A DNA stretch of 64,000 nt, from positions 10,117 to 74,116 of the forward strand of contig JAFTOI010000019.1 of assembly GCA_017463865.1 (NCBI GenBank), written 5' to 3'. The stretch is from Clostridia bacterium (GTDB lineage Bacteria; Bacillota; Clostridia; Oscillospirales; CAG-272). The notes beneath the pieces were generated by a model that worked only from the letters and a program-made list of their open reading frames with translations, had not been told where the DNA came from and searched no databases. Both the position numbers and the translations under genes were made by a program. This document shows, piece by piece, positions 56,072 through 64,000 of the stretch (the first letter of the stretch is position 1; each line of letters starts with the position of its first letter).

Positions 56072-58447
56072 TCAATCCAGCTTTTTCAGGCGGGCGTAGG
56101 TGGCCATCAGGCGCTTGGTGCCGACCTTCTCAAACATGACCTCGTAGAGCGTGTCTGCCCCCATGGGGGTGACCGAGAGGATGGTGCCCTGTCCGAAGGT
56201 GAGGTGCGACACGTTGTCGCCCGGCGCGAAAGTGGGGGCGCGCTCGGCCTTGGGGCGGGGGGAGGTGCCGATGGTGAGGGTGTCGGTGTGCTGCGGGCGC
56301 TTGGGGCGCTGCTGAGGCTGCTGCGGCTGTGCGGCGGCTTTTTTGCCGAAGGTATCCGAGACGATCAGCCCCTCGGGGATCTCGCTGACGAAGCGGGAGA
56401 TGGGGTTGTAGCGGGTCGCGCCGAAGAGCAGGCGCTCGCGGGTGTGGAGGATGACCAGCTTCTCCTTGGCGCGGGTGATGGCGACGTAGGCAAGGCGGCG
56501 CTCCTCTTCCAACTCGTCGGGCTCCATGGCCGACTGGGTGGTCGGGAAGAGGCCTTCCTCCATGCCGGGCAGGAAGACGACCGGGAACTCGAGGCCCTTG
56601 GCGGAATGGATGGTCATCATGACGACGGCGTCGGCGGTCTCATCGTAGCGGTCGACGTCGGCGACGAGAGCGGTCTCCTCGAGGAAGCCCGTAAGGGTGG
56701 GCTCCTCCTCGCCCTGCTCGTATTCGAGGACACCCGAGCGGAATTCATCGATGTTCTCGAGACGCTCTGCCTCCTCTTCCCCGCCGTCGATGAGCATCTG
56801 GCGGTAGCCGGTACGGTCGAGCGTCTGCTCGACCAGCTCGGAGAGCGGGATGGAGGCGCTTAGCTCGGTGAGGTCGTCGATGAGGGTGGTGAAGTCGCGC
56901 AGGCGGGCGGCGTAGTTGGCCAGCTCGGGATAGACGTTCGCGCGCTGCATGACCTCGTACATGCTCACACCTTCAGCGGCGGCCAGCATCTCGACCGTCT
57001 CGACAGCCTTGGGGCCGATCTTCCGCTTTGGCTCGTTGATGATGCGCTTCAGGCGCTCCTTGTCGCTGTGGTTGTTGATGAGCTGCAGATAGGCGACGAT
57101 GTCGCGGATCTCCTTGCGGTCGGTGAAGCGGACACCGCCCAGCATGCGGTAGGGGATGCCGCTCTTGGCGAAGGCGCGCTCGATGTTGCCCGACTGCGCG
57201 TTCATGCGGTAGAGGATGGCGAAATCGCGGTATTTGTGCTTGCCGTCGGCCACCTGCGTGTTGACGGTGTCGATGATGTAGCGCGCCTCGGCGTTCTGGT
57301 TGTCGCACTTCTTGACGCGGATCTTCTCGCCCTCGCCGGCGGCAGTCCAGAGGGTCTTTCCCTTTCGCCCCTTGTTGTGGGCGATGACCTCGTTAGCCGC
57401 GCCGAGGATATTGCCGGTCGAGCGGTAGTTCTGCTCAAGGCGGATGACGGCAGCATCGTCGAAATTGCGGTCAAACTCGAGGATGTTGGCGATGGTCGCG
57501 CCGCGGAATTTGTAGATGCTCTGGTCGTCGTCGCCAACGACCATGAGGTTGCGATGGTGGGAGGCGAAGAGGGCGGTCAGCGCGAACTGTGCCTGGTTGG
57601 TGTCCTGGTACTCGTCGACGCAGACATAGCGGAAGCGGCGGGCGTACTCGTCCAGCACCTCCGGGAAGTCGCGGAGCAGAAAGACGGTCTGCATGATGAT
57701 GTCGTCGAAGTCGAGTGCGCCGGCGGCCTTCAGCTGTTCCTGGTAGGCGCGGTAGATGCGCGCGACCTGCCGCAGCGAAAAGTCGCTGCCGGCGTCGGCC
57801 TCGAAGGCGTCGGGGGTCATCAGCTTATCCTTGGCGCGGCTGATCTTGTTCAGCACGCCCTTGACCGGCATGACCTTTTCGTCGATGTTCAGCTGCTTCA
57901 TGACCGACTGGAGCAGCTTTTTCTGGTCGTCGGTGTCGTAGATGGTGCAGTTCTGCGCGTAGCCCAGCTTCTCGCCGTGCTTGCGCAGGATGCGCATGCA
58001 GATTGAGTGGAAGGTGCCCGCCCAGATCTCGCGGGAGATGCTCTCGTCGCCCAGCACGCCGGCGAGGCGGTTCTTGATCTCGTTGGCGGCCTTATTGGTG
58101 AAGGTGATGGCCAGCACCCGCCACGGCGGACAAGGATCGCTGATGAATTCGGGCAGGACGTCCTGCAGCTGCTCGGGCTCGAGCTGCGCCGCGCCCTCGA
58201 GGCGGGCGACATCCCCCTCGGTCAATCCTGCGGGCGTGCTTTCGTCGAAGTAAGCGTTGCCGTAGCGGATGATGTGCGCGATGCGCTTGACCAGTACGGT
58301 GGTCTTGCCGCTTCCGGCGCCGGCGAGGATGAGCAGCGGGCCGTTGACGGTGTAGACCGCCCGGCGCTGCTCGGGGTTGAGGTCGGCATAAGCGCGGTCA
58401 AAGACGGCGCGCTTGGCATTTATGTAACGTACGGATAAAGATTCCAA
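56072..58447 (-). CDS. pcrA: ATP-dependent DNA helicase PcrA (UvrD family)
   Basis: 791 aa with Walker A AGAGSGKTT, DEYQDTN, helicase motifs III-VI and a C-terminal Tudor-like tail. Confidence 0.95.
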   Translation of the reverse strand: MESLSVRYINAKRAVFDRAYADLNPEQRRAVYTVNGPLLILAGAGSGKTTVLVKRIAHIIRYGNAYFDESTPAGLTEGDVARLEGAAQLEPEQLQDVLPEFISDPCPPWRVLAITFTNKAANEIKNRLAGVLGDESISREIWAGTFHSICMRILRKHGEKLGYAQNCTIYDTDDQKKLLQSVMKQLNIDEKVMPVKGVLNKISRAKDKLMTPDAFEADAGSDFSLRQVARIYRAYQEQLKAAGALDFDDIIMQTVFLLRDFPEVLDEYARRFRYVCVDEYQDTNQAQFALTALFASHHRNLMVVGDDDQSIYKFRGATIANILEFDRNFDDAAVIRLEQNYRSTGNILGAANEVIAHNKGRKGKTLWTAAGEGEKIRVKKCDNQNAEARYIIDTVNTQVADGKHKYRDFAILYRMNAQSGNIERAFAKSGIPYRMLGGVRFTDRKEIRDIVAYLQLINNHSDKERLKRIINEPKRKIGPKAVETVEMLAAAEGVSMYEVMQRANVYPELANYAARLRDFTTLIDDLTELSASIPLSELVEQTLDRTGYRQMLIDGGEEEAERLENIDEFRSGVLEYEQGEEEPTLTGFLEETALVADVDRYDETADAVVMMTIHSAKGLEFPVVFLPGMEEGLFPTTQSAMEPDELEEERRLAYVAITRAKEKLVILHTRERLLFGATRYNPISRFVSEIPEGLIVSDTFGKKAAAQPQQPQQRPKRPQHTDTLTIGTSPRPKAERAPTFAPGDNVSHLTFGQGTILSVTPMGADTLYEVMFEKVGTKRLMATYARLKKLD

Positions 58448-58499
58448 TCTGTCATTCCCCAGACTTTCGTCGTTTTCCGCCGCGCGGGCGGTTACTTAT

Positions 58500-58528
58500 A
58501 TTATAGCACAGGTTGGGCGCAAATTCAA
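58500..58528 (-). promoter_or_regulatory. Sigma-A promoter of pcrA
   Basis: On the minus strand: TTGAAT (58528-58523), 17 nt, then TATAAT (58505-58500). Confidence 0.5.
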
Positions 58529-58552
58529 GCCCGATTTTGGGCGCTTTTCTGC

Positions 58553-58578
58553 ACCTTTCCGCCGAGACAGCATACACT
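58553..58578 (+). promoter_or_regulatory. Possible sigma-K/sigma-E-type mother-cell promoter for the cortex-lytic module
   Basis: AC (58553-58554), 16 nt, then CATACACT (58571-58578). This matches the AC-N16/17-CATAnnnT(A) class. Motif-only call. Confidence 0.25.
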
Positions 58579-58608
58579 GCCAGCAGTACAGCAAAAGGAG
58601 GAAACAGC

Positions 58609-59022
58609 ATGAATGACCAATCCATGACCGGCACCGGGTATCTGATTGTGCGCGTGACGACGGCGGGGGGCGCCATCCCGCTGGGGGGCGCGACGGTGGT
58701 CGTGCGGGGCAACACGCCCGAGCAGTCGGGAGTGATCTACACCCAGGTGACCGATCGCGACGGCCGCAGTGGCAAGATGCCGCTGCCCACGCCGCCGGCC
58801 GGCAATTCGTCGGCGCCGGGCGGCGGTACGGCGTATGCCACCTACAACATCGACGTCTCGAGCCCCGGCTACTACAGCAACACCTACCAGAACGTCCCCA
58901 TCTTTGATCGCATCACGGCCCTGCAGCCGGCTGAGCTGATCCCGCTCAGCGCCAACGGGCAGGGGGACAACTACCGACCCGACAGCACCCGCTTCTATGA
59001 GAGCGAAAATCCGCAGCTGTGA
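58609..59022 (+). CDS. Carboxypeptidase-regulatory-like (beta-sandwich) domain protein resembling the SleC N-terminal pro-region
   Basis: The start MNDQSMTGTGYLIVRVTTAGGAIPLGGATVVVRG has an RBS AAAGGAGG. It is followed by ...TDRDGRSG...YNIDVSSPGYYS. The track ORF is over-extended from 58513. Confidence 0.55.
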   Translation: MNDQSMTGTGYLIVRVTTAGGAIPLGGATVVVRGNTPEQSGVIYTQVTDRDGRSGKMPLPTPPAGNSSAPGGGTAYATYNIDVSSPGYYSNTYQNVPIFDRITALQPAELIPLSANGQGDNYRPDSTRFYESENPQL

Positions 59023-59037
59023 GCGAAAGGAGACGCC

Positions 59038-60435
59038 ATGCCCACCCTGCCCTACATTCCCGAGACGGTCACGGTACACCTCGGCGCGCCCGATGCCAGT
59101 GCGGCCAACGTGACCCTCTCCTTCCCCGATTACATCAAGAACGTCGCGTCAAGTGAGATCTACCCCACCTGGCCCGAGAACGCCCTGCGCGCCAACATCT
59201 ACGCGCAGATCTCCTTCGCCCTCAACCGCATCTACACCGAGTATTACCGCTCCCGCGGCTACGACTTCGACATTACCAATTCGACCGCCATCGACCAGTC
59301 CTTCGTACAGGGACGGGACATTTTCGAGAACATCAGCCAGATCGTCGACGAGCTCTTCACCGATTACCTGCGCGAGTCGGGGCAGATCCAGCCGCTGTTC
59401 GCCCAATACTGCAACGGCACGACCGTCACCTGCGAGGGGCTGTCGCAGTGGGGGACGGTCGACCTCGCCAACCGGGGCTACACGCCCTATCAGATCCTGA
59501 CCTACTACTACGGCGACGACATCGACATCGTCCGCGACGCGCCGGTGATGGGCTTGACGGCCAGCGTCCCACCCTACCCGCTTCGGCTGGGCAGCACGGG
59601 CGACGATGTACGCTCGATCCAGATCCGGCTAAACCGCATCAGCCGCAACTACCCCTCCATCCCCAAAATCGCGGCCATCAACGGGCTCTACAGCTACGAC
59701 ACCGAGGCGGCGGTGCGGCGGTTCCAGGAGATCTTCGACCTCACACCGGACGGTGTGGTCGGCCGGGCAACGTGGTACCGCATCCAGTCCATCTACGCTG
59801 CCGTCAAGCGGCTCAATGCCCTCAACGCCGAGGGAATCACGCTGGAGGAGGTCACCCAGCAGTTCCCCGAGGTACTGCGCCCCGGCTCGACCGGCGTGGG
59901 GGTGCGCGAGCTGCAATATTATCTGCGCTACCTCGCCCAGTTCTCGAATGAGATCCCGCCGCTGGAGCTGGATGGCATCTATGGCCCCACCACCGAGGCG
60001 GCGGTGCGGGCCTTCCAGCGGCTCTACGGCCTGCCCATCGACGGCATCGTCGGGGAGGACACCTGGAATGCCATCTACCGCTCCTATCTCGGAGCCATCG
60101 AGACCATCCCGCCGCAGTATGGCGAGGGGGTGACGATACCCTTCCAGGGGGTGCCGCTGGTGATGGGCGTGCAGTCGGAGGAGGTGCGGCTGCTGCAGGA
60201 GTATCTCAACCGGATCGCCGAGGCCTATCCCGAAATTCCGACCGTGTCGGTCACCGGCATTTTCGGCGCGCAGACCGAAGAGGCGGTCGAGGCCTTTCAG
60301 CGGCTCTTCGGCATCCCGGTCACCGGCGTGGTGATCGCCACCACCTGGAACGCCGTCACCGACGTCTACAGCGACCTTGTGCAGGGCAACGAGCTGCGCG
60401 AGGGGCAATACCCCGGCTTCGCGCTGGGTGAATGA
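59038..60435 (+). CDS. SleC-like spore cortex-lytic enzyme core with three PG_binding_1 repeats
   Basis: The N-terminal region PETVTVHLGAPD...YIKNVASSEIYPTWPENALRANIYAQISFALNRIYTEYYRSRGYDFDITNST resembles the SleC catalytic domain. Three peptidoglycan-binding repeats follow. Confidence 0.7.
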   Translation: MPTLPYIPETVTVHLGAPDASAANVTLSFPDYIKNVASSEIYPTWPENALRANIYAQISFALNRIYTEYYRSRGYDFDITNSTAIDQSFVQGRDIFENISQIVDELFTDYLRESGQIQPLFAQYCNGTTVTCEGLSQWGTVDLANRGYTPYQILTYYYGDDIDIVRDAPVMGLTASVPPYPLRLGSTGDDVRSIQIRLNRISRNYPSIPKIAAINGLYSYDTEAAVRRFQEIFDLTPDGVVGRATWYRIQSIYAAVKRLNALNAEGITLEEVTQQFPEVLRPGSTGVGVRELQYYLRYLAQFSNEIPPLELDGIYGPTTEAAVRAFQRLYGLPIDGIVGEDTWNAIYRSYLGAIETIPPQYGEGVTIPFQGVPLVMGVQSEEVRLLQEYLNRIAEAYPEIPTVSVTGIFGAQTEEAVEAFQRLFGIPVTGVVIATTWNAVTDVYSDLVQGNELREGQYPGFALGE

Positions 60436-60446
60436 AGGAGGCAGAC

Positions 60447-60998
60447 ATGACCAACGACCCGATCATCCCCGAAGCGCCCCACGAAAATTACGCCGACGCA
60501 GTGCGCAATCTGCAGCGCTATCTGCGCCAGCTGGCCGAGAACGACACGCGCTTCATCCTCGTCCCCATCGACGGCGTCTACGAATCGGCCACCCGCGCGG
60601 CGGTGGAGAACTTCCAGCGGCTGAGTCAGCTGCCAGTCACCGGCACGGTGGATTCGGTGACCTGGGCGGCCGTCTACCGCGCCTATCTTGTCTCCCGCGC
60701 CCGCACTGACCCACCGCTCGGCATCACGCCCTTCCCCCGTCAGCCCGAGGACTACACGATCGGCGTGGGCGAGGTGAGCGATCTGGTGGCCATCCTGCAT
60801 CTGATGCTGAGCGCGCTGTCCCTCACCTATGACGAGCTGGCCAACATTCCCGAGGGAAAGCTGTACACCGACCGCACCGAGCACGCCGTGCGGCAGATAC
60901 AGGGCCGGCACGCGCTCCCCCCCACCGGCCGGGTCGACCGGGTGACCTGGAATGCGCTGGCCGAGGCCTACAACCGCCTGGTGGGAGAAAATCAGTAG
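60447..60998 (+). CDS. Peptidoglycan-binding-domain protein (two PG_binding_1 repeats)
   Basis: The start MTNDPI has an RBS GAAGGAGG. The repeats are NLQRYLRQL...DGVYESATRAAVENFQ and ...YTDRTEHAVRQIQ. Confidence 0.7.
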   Translation: MTNDPIIPEAPHENYADAVRNLQRYLRQLAENDTRFILVPIDGVYESATRAAVENFQRLSQLPVTGTVDSVTWAAVYRAYLVSRARTDPPLGITPFPRQPEDYTIGVGEVSDLVAILHLMLSALSLTYDELANIPEGKLYTDRTEHAVRQIQGRHALPPTGRVDRVTWNALAEAYNRLVGENQ

Positions 60999-61033
60999 CG
61001 CGGCCAAATCTGACACATTTTTCTCGGCAAATG

Positions 61034-61051
61034 CGGTAAAATAACGGTAAA
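61034..61051 (+). promoter_or_regulatory. Direct heptad repeat CGGTAAA-N4-CGGTAAA upstream of clpC (candidate operator)
   Basis: Two exact CGGTAAA copies lie at 61034-61040 and 61045-61051, 33 nt upstream of the clpC ATG. Confidence 0.3.
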
Positions 61052-61083
61052 TGCACCAATTCCGGAAAGGCAGGTCATCTCGC

Positions 61084-63555
61084 ATGAAAAACCGATTTAC
61101 GCAGAAAGCCGAGCACGCGCTGGAGGGAGCGCTGGCGGCGGCGCGCGAGCTGGGGCACACCTACATCGGCTCGGAGCATCTGCTGCTGGCCCTCACCCTC
61201 GAACCCGATTCGGTCTCCTCGAAGCTCCTGCTGGCGCGGGGGGTGACGGGGGAACTGCTGCGCACTGCCATCGGGGACGCACTGGGGGTGGGCAGCCGGT
61301 CGGCCATCGGCCCCGGCGACATGACGCCCCGTACCCGCAAGATCATCGAGCAGGCGGCGTCCGAGGCCATGCGGCTGGGGTGCAGCTACATCGGCACCGA
61401 GCATCTGCTGCTGGCCGTGCTGAGCGAGCGCGACTCGGCGGCGCTGCGGCTGCTGGGCGTCCTGCGGGTCAGCGCCGCCGATCTGCTGGGCGACGTACAG
61501 AACTATTTCGGTGTCTCCGCGCCCGTTGGGGAGAGCGTCAAGCAGGCCGAGTCGGAGAAGAAGCCGTCGCGGCGTGAGGGGCTGGCCACGACACCGGCCC
61601 TGCACAGTTATGGCCGCGATCTGACGGCGCTGGCGCGGGAGGGGCGGCTTGACCCGGTCATCGGCCGGGAGGCGGAGACCGAGCGGGTGATCCAGACGCT
61701 GTCGCGGCGGACAAAGAACAATCCCTGCCTCATCGGTGAGCCGGGCGTGGGCAAGACGGCGGTGGTTGAGGGGCTGGCTCAGCGCATCGCGGCCGGGGCT
61801 GTCCCCGAGCAGCTGCGCGACCGGATCATCGTGACCCTCGACATCCCGGCCATGGTGGCGGGGGCGAAGTACCGGGGCGAGTTTGAGGAGCGGCTCAAGA
61901 GCGTGATGGAGGAGGTGGCGCGCGACCCGCGGATCGTGCTTTTCGTCGACGAGATCCACACCATCATCGGCGCCGGCGGCGCGGAGGGGGCCATCGACGC
62001 TGCCAACATCATCAAGCCGGCGCTGGCCCGGGGCGAGATGCAGCTGATCGGCGCGACGACCATCACCGAGTACCGGCGGCACATCGAGAAGGATGCAGCG
62101 CTGGAGCGGCGGTTCCAGTCGATCATGGTGGGTGAGCCGAGCGAGGATGAGGCGGTGCTGATCCTGCGCGGCCTGCGCGAGAAGTTAGAGGCGCACCACC
62201 GCCTGCGCATCGGCGACGATGCGCTGGAGGCGGCGGTTGGGCTGTCGGTGCGATATATCCCCGACCGCTTCCTGCCCGACAAGGCCATTGACCTTATCGA
62301 CGAAGCGGCGGCGCATCAGCGGATGCTGGCCTTCACCACGCCCCCCGCTCTGCGCGAGCTGGAGACAAAGCTGCACAGTCTATCGGCCGCCAAGGAAGAG
62401 GCAGTGACGGCGCAGGATTTTGAGCGGGCGGCTCGCCTGCGCGACGAGGAAATCGGCTGCCGCGAGGCATATCGCGAGGCAAAAGAAAGCTGGGAGACAC
62501 GTGGGAGCGGCGACGAGATGCGGGTCACGGCGGCGCACATTGCCGAGATCGTGACGCAGTGGACGGCGATACCAGTGCATCGTCTGCTTGAGGCCGAGAG
62601 TGAGCGCCTGCTGGCGCTGGAAGATGAACTGCGCGCCCGGGTGATCGGACAGGCGGAGGCGGTGTCGGCCGTAGCGCGTGCCATCCGGCGCGGGCGGACA
62701 GGGATCAAGGATCCCCGCCGGCCGATCGGCTCCTTCCTTTTCCTCGGACCGACCGGCGTGGGCAAGACCGAGCTGTCCCGCGCGCTTGCCGAGGCGCTGT
62801 TTGGGCAGACGTCGGCCATGATCCGGCTCGACATGTCGGAGTATATGGAGAAGCACAGCGTCTCGAAGCTGATCGGCTCGCCGCCAGGCTATGTGGGCTA
62901 CGAGGAGGGCGGCCGGCTGACCGAGCAAATCCGGCGGCGGCCCTATTCGGTGGTGCTCTTCGACGAGATCGAGAAGGCGCACCCCGACATCTTCAATCTG
63001 CTGCTGCAGATCCTCGAGGACGGGCACCTGACCGATGCACAGGGGCGGCGGGTCGATTTCCGCAACACGGTCATCATCCTCACCTCCAACCTGGGCAGCT
63101 CGCCCGGCGAGGAGAGCCGCACGGTGGGCTTCGGCAGCGCCGACGGCCGTCCGGCTGACGCGCGGGAGGAGAAGGCACTGCGCACCGCCTTCCGCCCCGA
63201 GTTTCTCAACCGCGTCGACGATGTCATCCGCTTCGCCCCCCTGCGCCCCGAGGATATCGCGGCGATCACCCGCCTGATGCTGGAAGAGCTTTCCGTGCGG
63301 GTCGGGAAGAACGGCATCACGCTCTCCTTCGACGACAGCGTCGTCGACTGGCTGGCCGAGACCGGCTACTCCCCCCGTTACGGCGCGCGCCCGCTGCGGC
63401 GCGCCATCGTGCGGCACATCGAGGACAGCCTGTCGACTGCTCTGCTCGAGGGTCAGATCCGCGAGGGCGACGCGGTCATCGCACACGCGGCAGACGGCGG
63501 CGTCCATGACGGAGGCACGGGCAAAAAAATCATTTACACCGCGAAAGAGGGGTGA
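61084..63555 (+). CDS. clpC: ATP-dependent Clp protease ATP-binding subunit ClpC
   Basis: The start is [13 protein letters not shown]. There are two Clp_N repeats, two AAA+ modules (GEPGVGKT and GPTGVGKT) and a UVR-like linker. Confidence 0.9.
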   Translation: MKNRFTQKAEHALEGALAAARELGHTYIGSEHLLLALTLEPDSVSSKLLLARGVTGELLRTAIGDALGVGSRSAIGPGDMTPRTRKIIEQAASEAMRLGCSYIGTEHLLLAVLSERDSAALRLLGVLRVSAADLLGDVQNYFGVSAPVGESVKQAESEKKPSRREGLATTPALHSYGRDLTALAREGRLDPVIGREAETERVIQTLSRRTKNNPCLIGEPGVGKTAVVEGLAQRIAAGAVPEQLRDRIIVTLDIPAMVAGAKYRGEFEERLKSVMEEVARDPRIVLFVDEIHTIIGAGGAEGAIDAANIIKPALARGEMQLIGATTITEYRRHIEKDAALERRFQSIMVGEPSEDEAVLILRGLREKLEAHHRLRIGDDALEAAVGLSVRYIPDRFLPDKAIDLIDEAAAHQRMLAFTTPPALRELETKLHSLSAAKEEAVTAQDFERAARLRDEEIGCREAYREAKESWETRGSGDEMRVTAAHIAEIVTQWTAIPVHRLLEAESERLLALEDELRARVIGQAEAVSAVARAIRRGRTGIKDPRRPIGSFLFLGPTGVGKTELSRALAEALFGQTSAMIRLDMSEYMEKHSVSKLIGSPPGYVGYEEGGRLTEQIRRRPYSVVLFDEIEKAHPDIFNLLLQILEDGHLTDAQGRRVDFRNTVIILTSNLGSSPGEESRTVGFGSADGRPADAREEKALRTAFRPEFLNRVDDVIRFAPLRPEDIAAITRLMLEELSVRVGKNGITLSFDDSVVDWLAETGYSPRYGARPLRRAIVRHIEDSLSTALLEGQIREGDAVIAHAADGGVHDGGTGKKIIYTAKEG

Positions 63556-63611
63556 TTTCTCCGGCAAATGAAATTTTTTTTGCAATTTCGCCGCAAATTT
63601 CTCTCACCCTC

Positions 63612-63640
63612 TTGCATTTTGCGCTTTAGTATAGTATAAT
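63612..63640 (+). promoter_or_regulatory. Sigma-A promoter of gdhA
   Basis: TTGCAT (63612-63617), 17 nt, then TATAAT (63635-63640). Confidence 0.55.
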
Positions 63641-63645
63641 AATAG

Positions 63646-64000
<355 letters not shown>

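Noticed and set aside
61034-61051. A canonical CtsR operator upstream of clpC.
   Set aside because: The heptads are CGGTAAA with 11-bp phasing, not RGTCAAA-N3-RGTCAAA. I kept it only as a low-confidence candidate operator, not as a CtsR box.

Overview
This is a high-GC, densely coding chromosome segment (about 70 protein genes). It looks like a spore-forming Clostridia-type Firmicute, because it carries YqfC/YqfD, YlbJ, CwlD, SleB-like and SleC-like cortex hydrolases, and WhiA. All product calls come from recognising motifs in the supplied translations; no database search was possible. Most of the window is core housekeeping. This includes the recO(partial)-era-ybeY-phoH-yqfD-yqfC operon, radA, guaB, a class A PBP, and murB-whiA-dnaE. 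It also includes yebC-argS and the conserved string nusB / TsaD-like / xseA-xseB-ispA / PAP2 / tlyA-nadK-argR-recN, followed by ybaK, a RelQ-type alarmone synthetase, a NUDIX hydrolase, pcrA, clpC and the start of gdhA. I found no rRNA, tRNA, CRISPR array, transposase, integrase or obvious prophage genes. Many ORFs in the six-frame track are mirror-frame shadow ORFs, or N-terminal over-extensions of real genes; where an RBS-supported internal start was visible I trimmed the start. Several promoters are near-perfect sigma-A sites (TTGACA-17-TATAAT class), and several GC-rich hairpin terminators are visible. The less ordinary parts are listed here. (1) An MBOAT acyltransferase is paired with a 751-aa tandem-duplicated AlgX/AlgJ/DHHW-like partner whose catalytic motifs look degenerate in both halves. 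It is divergently promoted from a DUF2975 / YozG-HTH / all-membrane five-gene operon. (2) A SleC-type cortex-lytic module has its N-terminal pro-domain encoded as a separate ORF, with five peptidoglycan-binding repeats spread over two genes. (3) A roughly 0.6 kb AT-rich single-gene island carries a membrane-anchored XRE regulator. (4) An unannotated 47-codon ORF looks like a free-standing cell-wall-sorting-signal or tail-anchor peptide. (5) A long REP-like imperfect palindrome is present. (6) A 14-bp hairpin sequesters a Shine-Dalgarno sequence. I did not find a clear-cut novel multi-gene defence or mobile system. The findings are hypotheses ranked by how unusual they look from sequence alone.
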